From Chloroflexota bacterium (GTDB lineage: Bacteria; Chloroflexota; UBA11872; UBA12225), in assembly GCA_947446285.1 (NCBI GenBank), contig CANFGH010000001.1, positions 4,730 to 68,729 on the forward strand: 64,000 nt of DNA. Reading direction: 5' to 3'. Both the position numbers and the translations under genes were made by a program. How positions within the stretch are numbered: position 1 is the first letter of the stretch; every line of letters begins with the position of its first letter. The notes under the pieces are model-generated. The model did not search any database, was not told the DNA's origin, and was given only the letters and a program-made list of their open reading frames with translations. Below, one piece after another: positions 37,328 through 47,043 of this stretch.

Positions 37328-38119
37328 TCAGTCCCCCTGGAGGTCGCGTCCCATCCGCCACATGCCGGCCGTGAGGCCTCCGTCCACCGGCAAGACCACA
37401 CCCGTGATGAAACTGGCGTCGTCCGATGCGAGGAAGGTGATCGCGGCCGCAATGTCGTCTGCTTGCCCGACCCGGCCGATCGGGTACCAGGGCGTTAGTC
37501 GGTCGAAGATGTCCGGCGTCCGTTGCAGCCGTCGTGTCCACGCCGGCGTCTGGACCGTTCCCGGACAGACGACGTTCGCACGGATCCCGTACTGGCCATA
37601 CCGCACCGCCAGGTTCTTGGCGAAGTTGATTACCCCGGCCTTGGCCGCGCTGTAGGCGTCATCACCGATGCCCATCAGGCCATTGACCGTCGAGACGCAG
37701 ACGATCGATCCCCGCCCGGCCTCGATCATCCCCGGCAGGATTGCCTTGGAGACGACGAACTGGCTCCGCAAGGCGCCGACCATGACCCGGTCCCACGTCT
37801 CGACGGACGTCGAGAGTGGGTCGTCGCCCCCGCCTGATGAGGCGTTGTTGACCAGGATCGTCGGTGCGCTTCCGAGGTCAGAAGTGGCCCGCCGGACGGC
37901 CTCGTTGACCGCTTCTTCACTGGTTGCGTCGGCGTCGATGGCGATGGCGCGTCCCCCGGTCGCGATGATGAGATCGACCGTCTCAGCGGCTCCGGTCGGG
38001 TTGCGGTCGACGACGGCTACGGCCGCACCTCGTCCAGCAAGCCGCAGCGACGTGGCACGGCCGATGCCGGACCCGCCTCCGGTCACGAATGCGACCCGAT
38101 TCCCGAATGCCTCGCTCAT
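37328..38119 (-). CDS. Short-chain dehydrogenase/reductase
   Basis: TGGGSGIG, LVNNAS, YSAAK, ANVVCPG, LPVDGG. Confidence 0.95.
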   Translation of the reverse strand: MSEAFGNRVAFVTGGGSGIGRATSLRLAGRGAAVAVVDRNPTGAAETVDLIIATGGRAIAIDADATSEEAVNEAVRRATSDLGSAPTILVNNASSGGGDDPLSTSVETWDRVMVGALRSQFVVSKAILPGMIEAGRGSIVCVSTVNGLMGIGDDAYSAAKAGVINFAKNLAVRYGQYGIRANVVCPGTVQTPAWTRRLQRTPDIFDRLTPWYPIGRVGQADDIAAAITFLASDDASFITGVVLPVDGGLTAGMWRMGRDLQGD

Positions 38120-38339
38120 TCCCTATCTCCTTCCCTATTGGGGTCCGGACTTGCGCCGTGGCCTGAGCGACGGTCGGTCCGGTACCGTCTTTCGCCGCGT
38201 GACCGAGGTGACGGTACCCGATCCAGGGCTCACGCCCGCCGTCGTAAACCGTTCTCCGGGCAAACCAAGACGTAGTGAGGTTGGTTCACCGAGCCCATCG
38301 TGGTTTGGTGCACACAGTATTCGCAAGGAGAGATGCCGG

Positions 38340-39620
38340 GTGTCACTCACACTTACCGTCCATGCCGGAAGCCAGTCGCATGAATCGCCCCTGATCTCGG
38401 TGACAGTCAGTCGCGACGCCCTCGGTGTCGTGGCACCGGGCGCGGTCGGGTCGGTCCACCACGGCGCTTCGGAGGCGGGCGTCTGCCTCCTGCACGACGA
38501 GGATGCGTCCGGCGGACCCGATGGCATCCTCGTTGCCCAGTTCGACGCGCATGCGGGCATCCTCCGCTTCGTGTTGCCGGGTTCGGTTCGTGCGGGGTCG
38601 GTTCGACACTTGCGCGTGCTTGGAGCACCGATTGCAAGCGTCGTTCCACCATGGCCGATGTCCGTGGTGCAGAAACTCGACCGGGTGATCGTTCGCGCCG
38701 GAGGGGAACCGTTTGCGTCCTACATCATTACGGGAGGGCGCCGGCCATACTTCTGGCCGATCATTGGTCCGTCCGGGGCAAGCGTTGTCCGTGGCCAGGG
38801 TTCAAACGACCACCCGCATCACACCGGTCTCGGGATTGCCTATGGCGGGCATAGCGAGGGTGGGTCGGTCAACATCTGGTCGGACTGGGATGAACCCCCG
38901 TACGGTCCTGGTGGTCGGATGGTGCACCGTGGGTTCCGGCGCGTCATTTCCGGACCGGTCTACGCCGAGGTTGTCCACGACCTGACGTACGTCGACTCGT
39001 TTGGGGATCCGTTCTGCGAGGAGACACGCACCCACCGGTTCTGGTGGGCCTCGGAGGCTTCCCGGTTCATCGACACGACCTCGCACGTCCGTTGGTTGCG
39101 GGACCGCGGGACAAGCCCGTTCCTCGTGGCGTTGCGCCTGCCCTCTGAAATGGACATCCCGAACATCGGGTCGATGACAAACGACACCGGGACCGCGGTT
39201 CCCCCGGCGCCGGGTGCCGACCGCGGCTACCCGGCGATGTGGGTTGACGGGAGCGGCCCGTCAGGCGAACCACCCTATCCACCGCCGGTGGGGGCACCGG
39301 AGGTGCTTGTGGACCAACCGGGTGCACGCCCGTACCGTCAAGGTCCGGGCACGGGGCCATGGCAAGGTGTCGCCATCTTTGATCACCCTTCCAACCATGG
39401 GTTTCCCCACCAGGCAGGCAAGTACGCGGGATCGATGGGCACGGGGGGCTCGGGCACCGGCCAGATCACCCTAGCTTTCTATCCGCCCGAAGGCGCATCG
39501 GAGGGCGTGTTCACGTTCGGCACCCGCACGTATGTGCACCGCGGTGACGCGATTGATGGACGGGTCGCCGCCCAGGCGGCAAGTTTTCGCCATCCCCCCG
39601 AGGGTGTGGTGGGGTCGTAG
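38340..39620 (+). CDS. DUF6807-like beta-sandwich protein
   Basis: RPYFWPIIGPSG...DHPHHTGLGIAYG...NIW and AIFDHPSN motifs; GTG 38340 behind AAGGAG. Confidence 0.65.
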   Translation: MSLTLTVHAGSQSHESPLISVTVSRDALGVVAPGAVGSVHHGASEAGVCLLHDEDASGGPDGILVAQFDAHAGILRFVLPGSVRAGSVRHLRVLGAPIASVVPPWPMSVVQKLDRVIVRAGGEPFASYIITGGRRPYFWPIIGPSGASVVRGQGSNDHPHHTGLGIAYGGHSEGGSVNIWSDWDEPPYGPGGRMVHRGFRRVISGPVYAEVVHDLTYVDSFGDPFCEETRTHRFWWASEASRFIDTTSHVRWLRDRGTSPFLVALRLPSEMDIPNIGSMTNDTGTAVPPAPGADRGYPAMWVDGSGPSGEPPYPPPVGAPEVLVDQPGARPYRQGPGTGPWQGVAIFDHPSNHGFPHQAGKYAGSMGTGGSGTGQITLAFYPPEGASEGVFTFGTRTYVHRGDAIDGRVAAQAASFRHPPEGVVGS

Positions 39621-39699
39621 GGTGACGAGCCCCCCACCCTCGATCCCTCCCCCGTTGCCACGGCAGTGGGGGGAGATGCCCGGATCACGCCATGACGCG

Positions 39700-40773
39700 T
39701 CAGACCGCCGCGACCCCTTCCCACTGCCCGGATGTGGATGCCCGCACCGCGGCATCGAGGACTGCCTGGGTCTGCAGGCCATCGCGGATGGATGGGGCGA
39801 CATCGTGACCAGTCCTGATTGACTCAAGGAATGGTTCAAGGTTCTGCCGCCCCCATCCGACGATGAACTCGTGGTGGTCGACCCCCCAGAGTGGTGGTTC
39901 GCCGTCGAGTTGCCTTGGTTCGCCACCATACGGATAGAGCGTTGCGACACCGTTCTCCCAGAGCAGGCCACCGCCCGATCCGCTGAAGAGCATGTGGCGA
40001 CGCCCGATCGGGTAGGACGCGTGGACCGCACCGACGCGTGACAGGGCGATGCTTCCGTGTGCACCTGACGCGAACCGCACCAGCAGGACGGTGTCATCGT
40101 CGACCTCCTGCGCACGTGTCGCCCCGGTCGCGGGATCGAAAAGCTCCGGGATGCAGGTGTGCATCGACGAGGCCACCGACACGATGGGACCAAGGAGGTA
40201 CTGGCATGTGTCAAGCGCATGCGCGCCGATGTCGCCAATCACCCCGGTACCAGACCGTTGCTTGTCCGTGCGCCACGACCACCTTGGTTGCGCGGCGAGG
40301 AGGCCCGCGCTGAACGATTGTGCATGGACGTGGAAGACCCGGCCAATCTGGCCCTCGGCAATCGCGTCATGGATCGTGCGCGTCAACGGGGAGAAGCGGG
40401 TTGAAAATCCCATCATCGATCGCACGCCAGCTTGGCGGACCGCTTCGGCCATCTCACGTCCGTCCGCCAGTGTGGTAGCCAGGGGCTTTTCGCAGAACAG
40501 GTGCTTGCCGGCCTGCGCGGCGGCCACCACCAAGTCGTGATGGAACACGTCCGGCGTGTCCACCACGACCGCGTCGACCCCCGCGAGGGCGAGTGCCTCG
40601 TCCGGGGAGGTGGTTGCGTGCGGTACGCCAAACTCCTTGGCGACGGCCTGGGCACGATCAAGGCGCGGCCCGCACACGACGACCACGTGGGCGCCTGCGA
40701 GAGCCTGCAACGCCTCGATGTGCGCGGTTGCCATGAACCCGTAGCCGAAGACCGCGAAGCCGATCGATCCCAT
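39700..40773 (-). CDS. Gfo/Idh/MocA-family oxidoreductase
   Basis: FGYGFMA, VVVDTPDVFH, LFCEKPLA, GVIGDIGAHALD. Confidence 0.92.
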   Translation of the reverse strand: MGSIGFAVFGYGFMATAHIEALQALAGAHVVVVCGPRLDRAQAVAKEFGVPHATTSPDEALALAGVDAVVVDTPDVFHHDLVVAAAQAGKHLFCEKPLATTLADGREMAEAVRQAGVRSMMGFSTRFSPLTRTIHDAIAEGQIGRVFHVHAQSFSAGLLAAQPRWSWRTDKQRSGTGVIGDIGAHALDTCQYLLGPIVSVASSMHTCIPELFDPATGATRAQEVDDDTVLLVRFASGAHGSIALSRVGAVHASYPIGRRHMLFSGSGGGLLWENGVATLYPYGGEPRQLDGEPPLWGVDHHEFIVGWGRQNLEPFLESIRTGHDVAPSIRDGLQTQAVLDAAVRASTSGQWEGVAAV

Positions 40774-40814
40774 TTCGTGCCTCCATTCGCGACGTTGGGT
40801 GAGGGACGCCCAGA

Positions 40815-41648
40815 TTACATGGAAAGCAGCGTATCCATGTCTGCACTGAACTCCTTGGCCTTGCGCAAGATTTCGGCAGGTGGCTGGTTCGCGTCACCGA
40901 ACCCGATTTCGATCGTGACCCAGCCGTCATAGCGGATGTCGCGGAGGGACGCCATCACGGCTGGCCAGTCGATGGTGCCGTCGAGCAACCGGACAAACCC
41001 CGGCCAGGTTGGCCCGGCATTCGTGTTGAATCCCTTCACGTGGACCCGGCGGATGTGGTTCCCAAGCACCGGAGGCCAGTGTTGGGGCCAGGTGTACGGT
41101 GCGTGGTTTCCCGCGTCCCAGTAGACCCCGACCAACGGATGGCCGATGGTCTCGACGAAGTGGCGCATCTCGATTGGCGAGTAGATCATCCGGTTCCAGA
41201 CATTCTCGACCGCAAGCGTGATCGCGTGGCGCTCGCAATCCGGAATGAGATCCCTGACGAACGCGAGTGCGCGGTCCCACGCCACACCGTAGGGAACATC
41301 GATCTCGACCCTGCCGGGAATCAGAAGGAGGGTGTCCACACCGAGGTCTGGTGCGACCTCGATGGTCCGTCGAACCACACGGGCGGCTTCCGCGCGGACC
41401 GTGGCGTCATTGGAAGTCGGGGGGATCTGTCCAAGCGGACCGGCGAGCATGCCTGAGATGGCCAGTCCAGTGTCGTGTGCCAACCGGGCAACCGTTGCAA
41501 TGTCCGCCGGGTCTCCATCGATCGAGAAGAATCCTTCGCGGGCGAGGCCAATCTCGATTCCCGCAAACCCGGCCCCAGCACTGACGTGGAACTGGTCGGC
41601 GAGTGGCATCCCGCTGGGGAAGGTGTTCGCCATGATTGCCTTGCGCAT
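40815..41648 (-). CDS. Sugar-phosphate isomerase/epimerase TIM barrel (hexulose-phosphate/psicose epimerase-like)
   Basis: GFAGIEI, LLIPG, LAVENVWN, YWDAGN, VHVKG, DGTIDWP, VTIE; start ATG 41648. Confidence 0.85.
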   Translation of the reverse strand: MRKAIMANTFPSGMPLADQFHVSAGAGFAGIEIGLAREGFFSIDGDPADIATVARLAHDTGLAISGMLAGPLGQIPPTSNDATVRAEAARVVRRTIEVAPDLGVDTLLLIPGRVEIDVPYGVAWDRALAFVRDLIPDCERHAITLAVENVWNRMIYSPIEMRHFVETIGHPLVGVYWDAGNHAPYTWPQHWPPVLGNHIRRVHVKGFNTNAGPTWPGFVRLLDGTIDWPAVMASLRDIRYDGWVTIEIGFGDANQPPAEILRKAKEFSADMDTLLSM

Positions 41649-41925
41649 TTCGCCCAGATCCTTTTTGCTGCGGCTCGTGCTGCCTAGCAGGAAACAACCG
41701 GAAAGCGCTTGCAGGACCTGCACAACACCATCCCGGTCCCGCGGTGGTTGCGGCACGACAGGAGTGATGCTACATTGGCCGCACTTGGCAGGGAACCGCC
41801 ACTTGCGGTGGAGGTTTTCCGCGAGTAACGTGGAACGGGGTGAGACACGTGATGCGCTCGACCGTCGGACAGCCAGTCCTTGGTGTGCGCAGCGGGGGTC
41901 TCGCTACCAGAGAGGATTGCACAGC

Positions 41926-43707
41926 ATGAGCAGTGAAGTCTCAGGCGGGATGCGTCGTCGGCAGGCCATCGGTCTCGTCGGCGCGATTCTTGGAGCGGCC
42001 TCGGGGGCGGTTCCGGCGACCGCATTGGCCCAGTACGGCATGGGCGGTGGCAAGGCCTTCAACGGGGCGTACCCGTACGACCTGCCTCCGACGGGGCACT
42101 ACAACACATTCGCGACCGGATTCATCGGGGCCGGGATCTATTGGGACCTGCTGGAGATGCCGCTGGGCATGTACTACTGGGCCAAGGGCACCTGGATGCC
42201 GTTGATGGCGACGTCGTGGGAGACCATGCCGGATCGCAACATGTTCCAGGTGAAGCTTCGCCAGGGTGCGAAGTGGAGCGACGGCAGTGCATTCGGATCG
42301 AAGGACGTGGTCAATACGTTCCTTCTCCAGAAGTTGCTCAACAATGTCGTCTGGCGCTACGTCGACAGCATCGAGACGCCTGATGACTACACGGTCAACT
42401 TCATCATGGGTAAGCCCACGACCATCGTCGAGCGCTATGTGTTGCGTACCCAAATCAGGTCCAGTGCCACCTACGGCCCGTGGGCGAACAAGGTCCGCGA
42501 CTTGGTCAATGCTGGCAAGACCGCTGACTCGGACGAGTGGAAGGCCCTTCGCAAGGACTTCAGCGAGTTCCGTCCCAAGGCCATGATCACGTCGGGTCCG
42601 TTCGCGATCGATCCTAGGAGCATGACCGAGGCACAGTTGACCCTGACCAAGGTTTCCTCGAGCTGGGCAGCGCCCACCGTCGGGTTTGACTCGGTGGTCC
42701 TGTATAACGGCGAGACGCCGACCATCTCCTCCGTCGTCCTGTCCAAGGAAGTCGACTACGCGACCCACGGGTTCCCGCCGGCAACCGAACGGGCGTTCAA
42801 GGATCTGGGGTTCCGCATCCTTCGTCCGCCGACCTACGGTGGCCCCGCGCTCTACTTCAACTACGCCAAGATGCCGGCGATCGCCCCCAAGGCGGTCCGT
42901 CAGGCCATCGCCCACGCGATCAAGCGTGAGATCGGCGCAGCGGCGGCATTGGGTGAGTCGGCCGAGCCCCCGAAGTACATGACTGGCTTCTCGGACCGTC
43001 TTGTCTCCAAGTGGATGACACCCGATGCCATCGCCAAGCTGAACAAGTACGAGTACAACCTGGCCGGCGCCGAGGCTCTGATGACTGGCGCGGGCTACAA
43101 GAAGGGTTCCGACGGCGTGTGGGTCAGCCCGGACGGCGAACGGATGGAGTACGAGGTCACCGTGCCGGCGGAATTCGCCGACAACTCGGCACTGGCGCAG
43201 GCCGTCGCCGAGCAGTTGACTACCTTCGGCATCAAGACGACCGTCCGCCTGATCACCTTCACCCAGCTGACGCCCGACACTCAGGCAGGCAACTTCCAGA
43301 TGGTCATCCAGGGCTGGGGATCGGGCAACCCGCATCCGCATTTCGCGTTCGTCGCCGATCTGTTCACCTGGAACACACCGGCCGGTGCGGGTCCGGGAAT
43401 GGCGTATCCGCTGATCCAGAAGGTGGATGCCCTCGGCGGCGAGGTCGACCTCGACGCGATGATCACGGCCTCGGCGCAGGGGCTCGACCTCGAAGCCCAG
43501 AAGGACCTGATCGGCAAGTTGGCGTTGGCGTACAACGAACTCCTGCCGAACATCCCGCAGTATGAGCGTCTGGGCAACAACCCAGCTCCCGAAGGCATCC
43601 GTGTCAAGGGATGGCCGTCGGTTGGCGACCCGATCTTCGACAACAGCCCCTACGCCGACTCCTTCACCATCATGCTCATTCTTGACGGAACCCTGAAGCC
43701 CGCCTAG
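41926..43707 (+). CDS. ABC transporter substrate-binding protein, family 5 (Opp/Dpp fold, likely oligosaccharide-type), Tat signal
   Basis: MRRRQAIGLVG signal, KLRQGAKWSDGSAF, ITSGPF; heads a permease-permease-ATPase-ATPase cluster. Confidence 0.88.
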   Translation: MSSEVSGGMRRRQAIGLVGAILGAASGAVPATALAQYGMGGGKAFNGAYPYDLPPTGHYNTFATGFIGAGIYWDLLEMPLGMYYWAKGTWMPLMATSWETMPDRNMFQVKLRQGAKWSDGSAFGSKDVVNTFLLQKLLNNVVWRYVDSIETPDDYTVNFIMGKPTTIVERYVLRTQIRSSATYGPWANKVRDLVNAGKTADSDEWKALRKDFSEFRPKAMITSGPFAIDPRSMTEAQLTLTKVSSSWAAPTVGFDSVVLYNGETPTISSVVLSKEVDYATHGFPPATERAFKDLGFRILRPPTYGGPALYFNYAKMPAIAPKAVRQAIAHAIKREIGAAAALGESAEPPKYMTGFSDRLVSKWMTPDAIAKLNKYEYNLAGAEALMTGAGYKKGSDGVWVSPDGERMEYEVTVPAEFADNSALAQAVAEQLTTFGIKTTVRLITFTQLTPDTQAGNFQMVIQGWGSGNPHPHFAFVADLFTWNTPAGAGPGMAYPLIQKVDALGGEVDLDAMITASAQGLDLEAQKDLIGKLALAYNELLPNIPQYERLGNNPAPEGIRVKGWPSVGDPIFDNSPYADSFTIMLILDGTLKPA

Positions 43708-43724
43708 TCCGCACTGCATGCCCC

Positions 43725-43763
43725 GCACTGGCGGGATTGGAGGACACTCCATCCCGCCAGTGC
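43725..43763 (+). other. Strong intra-operon hairpin after the SBP gene (probable mRNA-stabilising element)
   Basis: GCACTGGCGGGAT-TGGAG-GACA-CTCC-ATCCCGCCAGTGC between SBP and the first permease. Confidence 0.6.
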
Positions 43764-43790
43764 TTCCACTTGTCCCCGAGGAGATACCCC

Positions 43791-44867
43791 GTGGTTGCAG
43801 CGTCGCAGTCCCTTGCGCCCGCGCCAGGAATATCACCGTTGGTTGGCGTCTGGCATGCGGTCACGGGCAACTTTGTGGTCCGGCGCGTCGCAAAGGCGCT
43901 GATGACCATCTGGGCCGTGGCGACCATGACCTTCTTCCTGGTCCGCCTGATGCCCGGCAACCCCATTGAGCAGTACATCGGGCAGCTCATTGCCCAGTAC
44001 GGACTGCCCTATGCCGAGGCGCGTGACATGGCGGCCTCGCTGTTCTCTGTCGATCTCGACCAACCCCTGATGGTCCAGTACGTCGGGTACCTCGGAAAGA
44101 TTGCCCGCGGCGACCTTGGCATGTCGATCAAGTCGCAAGGTGCGAAGGTCTCGGACATCATTGTCGCCTTCCTGCCGTGGACCATCTTCTGCGTCGGTTT
44201 CTCCCTCCTTATCAGTTTCATCCTGGGAATCGCGCTTGGTGCGCTCATGGCGTACTGGCGCGACAGTGTCCTGGACTATGCCCTGACCATGATCGGGTCG
44301 TTGCTGCATTCGATCCCGAATTACCTGATCGCGATGATCCTCATCATCTTCCTCGGTGTCAGGTGGGAACTCCTGCCGATTGTGAAGATGCGCGGGTCGA
44401 TGTCGCCGGGCATGCAACCGGGGTTCACGATCGCATTTGTGGTAGACGTCCTGTTCCACGCCGTCCTTCCGATCATCACGTACGTGGTGACCACGGTCGG
44501 CACGTGGATGCTGACCATGAAGGCGTCCACGACCGCGACCCTTGAGGAGGACTACGTCAGCTTCGCCCGCGCGAAGGGTCTGACCGATGGACGCATCCGG
44601 ACTGCCTACGTGGGGCGAAACGCCGTCCTGCCGTTATTCACGCAATTCACCTTGAGTATCGGGTTCGTCTTTGGTGGATCGGTCCTCATCGAGTCGATCT
44701 TCGTGTACCGGGGAATTGGCCAGGTCCTGGTCAGTGCGGTGAGTGGTCGCGACTACCCGGTGATGCAAGGGTGCTTTCTCATCACGACTGCATCGGTCGT
44801 GTTCGCAAACCTCCTCGCCGACTTGCTCTACGGATACATTGACCCCCGGGTCCGCGTGGGCCAGTAG
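43791..44867 (+). CDS. ABC permease, OppB/DppB-like
   Basis: LVRLMPGNP, RGDLGMS, EAA-loop EEDYVSFARAKGL, RDYPVMQG, YIDPRVR; GTG behind GAGGAG. Confidence 0.92.
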   Translation: MVAASQSLAPAPGISPLVGVWHAVTGNFVVRRVAKALMTIWAVATMTFFLVRLMPGNPIEQYIGQLIAQYGLPYAEARDMAASLFSVDLDQPLMVQYVGYLGKIARGDLGMSIKSQGAKVSDIIVAFLPWTIFCVGFSLLISFILGIALGALMAYWRDSVLDYALTMIGSLLHSIPNYLIAMILIIFLGVRWELLPIVKMRGSMSPGMQPGFTIAFVVDVLFHAVLPIITYVVTTVGTWMLTMKASTTATLEEDYVSFARAKGLTDGRIRTAYVGRNAVLPLFTQFTLSIGFVFGGSVLIESIFVYRGIGQVLVSAVSGRDYPVMQGCFLITTASVVFANLLADLLYGYIDPRVRVGQ

Positions 44868-44906
44868 CAACCTGCCCGAGTGATCCGATCCGAAGCCGAG
44901 GAACCC

Positions 44907-45815
44907 ATGAGCGAGACTGTTGCCTTACCTCCATCGACGCCTATGCCGGGAATGGCCACTGTGCGTGCCTTCGGGCGTACGGTGCTGGCCCTCGTGCGCC
45001 AACCTGCCGGTGCCATTGGCCTCTTTGGTGTGGTCTTCTTTTTGCTACTGGCGTTTGTCGGTCCGTCATTCGTCCTCCTCGATGTCAAGACGAAGCTTGG
45101 CAAGGAGTATCAGCTGCCTTCGTCCGAGTTCCTTTTGGGAACGGATTACCAGGGGCGGGATGTCTTCTCCCAGATCGTCCACGGTGGACGCGACATCATC
45201 ATCGTGGCGACCACGACCGCGCTGATCACGACCGCCATTGCCGTCAGTCTCGGTGCGCTCGCCGGTTTCCTGGGTGGTTGGTTCGATACCGTGGTGCTGG
45301 CGATTGCCGACATCATCCTGACCATCCCGCAGTTCCCCTTGCTGTTGGTCCTCGCGACGTTCGTGCGCCTGAACAACATCGTGCTGCTGGGCGTGCTGCT
45401 CGCGGCCTTGGGTTGGCCGGCGCTGATGCGCGCCATCCGGTCGCAGGTCCTGTCGCTGCGCCAGCGGGATTACATCGAGGCGGCCCGATGCCTGGATCTC
45501 GGGACGGGACACATCGTGTTCCAGCAGATCCTGCCGAGCATGACGGGCTACATCGCGATCAGCTTCACCCTCGGGATGATCAATGCCATCTTCCTGCAGG
45601 TCGGCTTGATCTTCCTCGGGCTCGTTCCGCTTTCGGGGAACAACTGGGGCGTGATGCTCCAGCTTGCATGGGTCCGTGGCGCGATCTTCATCAAGGGAGG
45701 CCTCGGGTACATCCTGTCCCCGGTCGTGGCGATCTCCCTCCTCCAACTCTCGCTCATCATGCTTGCACGGTCGCTTGAAGAGATCTTCAACCCGCGGCTA
45801 CGCAGAGGGAACTGA
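44907..45815 (+). CDS. ABC permease, OppC/DppC-like
   Basis: LLGTDYQGRDVFSQ, RQRDYIEAARCLDLG, FNPRLR. Confidence 0.92.
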   Translation: MSETVALPPSTPMPGMATVRAFGRTVLALVRQPAGAIGLFGVVFFLLLAFVGPSFVLLDVKTKLGKEYQLPSSEFLLGTDYQGRDVFSQIVHGGRDIIIVATTTALITTAIAVSLGALAGFLGGWFDTVVLAIADIILTIPQFPLLLVLATFVRLNNIVLLGVLLAALGWPALMRAIRSQVLSLRQRDYIEAARCLDLGTGHIVFQQILPSMTGYIAISFTLGMINAIFLQVGLIFLGLVPLSGNNWGVMLQLAWVRGAIFIKGGLGYILSPVVAISLLQLSLIMLARSLEEIFNPRLRRGN

Positions 45816-45819
45816 CGGG

Positions 45820-47043
45820 GTGACCGGAGAACTTGCCGTGAATGGCACCGTGGCGTCCGCCATTGGCGGAACCGGCGTCTTTGCACCACCATCGCGCTTC
45901 CGTTTGCCATGGTCGTCCGCGGTGGATGCCCGCGTCGATGGCAGCAAACTTCCCAAGGAGGTGGTGCTGTCGGTCCGTGACCTGACCGTGGCATACCGGG
46001 TGCGCCGAGGCATGGTCCAGGCGGTGCGCAAGGTGAGTTTCGACCTTCGCCGTGGCGAGACTCTCGCACTGATTGGCGAGAGTGGGTCGGGCAAGACCAC
46101 ACTGGCGCTCGCGTTGGTTCGCCTGCTCGTGCGCGCTGCCAAGGTCACCGATGGCACGGTGGTCTACCAGCGTGATGGACGTGCGGTTGACGTATTGCGC
46201 GTCGGCAGTGATGCGCTGCGTCACTACCGGTGGAACGAGTGCGCGATGGTCTTCCAGTCCGCACTCAATGCCCTCAATCCGGTCCTTCGGGTCCGTGAGC
46301 AGTTCATTGATGTCGCCCGCGCCCACGGCATGACCAACCGCGCAACCGCCGTGGCACGAACCCTCGAGTTGCTGAAACTCGTCCAACTCGATGCAGAACG
46401 GGTTGCCGGATCCTACCCCCATGAACTTTCGGGTGGGATGCGCCAGCGGGTACTGATTGCGATGGGCCTATTGCTTGACCCACAGGTCATCATTCTTGAT
46501 GAACCGACGACCGCATTGGACATCCTGACGCAACGCACCGTCATTGATCTGCTGCGTCGCTTGAAAGAAGAGCGGCAGTTTGCCCTGATCCTTGTCTCGC
46601 ACGACCTCGCCTTAGCCGCGGAACTGGCGGATCAGGTCGCGACCGTCTATGCCGGCCGAATCGTCGAGTGTGGTTCGGTGGCCGACATCTTCTATCGCCC
46701 AAACCACCCCTACACCGTCGGGCTGCTCAATGCCGTCCCGACGCTCTCAGGCGACTTCCGGTCACTGGTCTCGGTTCGTGGACAACCACCTGACCTGATC
46801 GACCTGCCCAGAGGGTGTTCGTTCCTTCCCAGATGCCCGTTCGGTACACCCGAGTGCGAGCGCGAAGATCCCCACCTTGTCTCGGTCGTGCCTGGCGGAC
46901 CTTCAATCCCCGGTGCTGGCAGTCACACCGCAGCATGCTTCCACGCCCCGACGGTTGCCAAGGGTTTTTCACGGCGCCTCCAGACGGAACAGGGAGACGA
47001 GGTCGCTTCGCCGGATGCCTCGGCAAAGAGAGGGGCACGATGA
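45820..47043 (+). CDS. ABC ATP-binding protein, OppD/DppD-like
   Basis: GESGSGKT, YPHELSGGMRQR, ILDEPTTALD, HPYT, CSFLPRCP. Confidence 0.93.
   Translation: MTGELAVNGTVASAIGGTGVFAPPSRFRLPWSSAVDARVDGSKLPKEVVLSVRDLTVAYRVRRGMVQAVRKVSFDLRRGETLALIGESGSGKTTLALALVRLLVRAAKVTDGTVVYQRDGRAVDVLRVGSDALRHYRWNECAMVFQSALNALNPVLRVREQFIDVARAHGMTNRATAVARTLELLKLVQLDAERVAGSYPHELSGGMRQRVLIAMGLLLDPQVIILDEPTTALDILTQRTVIDLLRRLKEERQFALILVSHDLALAAELADQVATVYAGRIVECGSVADIFYRPNHPYTVGLLNAVPTLSGDFRSLVSVRGQPPDLIDLPRGCSFLPRCPFGTPECEREDPHLVSVVPGGPSIPGAGSHTAACFHAPTVAKGFSRRLQTEQGDEVASPDASAKRGAR

Noticed and set aside
38340-39620. Methane monooxygenase PmoA, a label often attached to this family
   Set aside because: The protein is soluble-looking with no TM helices and sits in a sugar locus; it is not a pMMO subunit and should not be linked to the PmoC-like motif protein.
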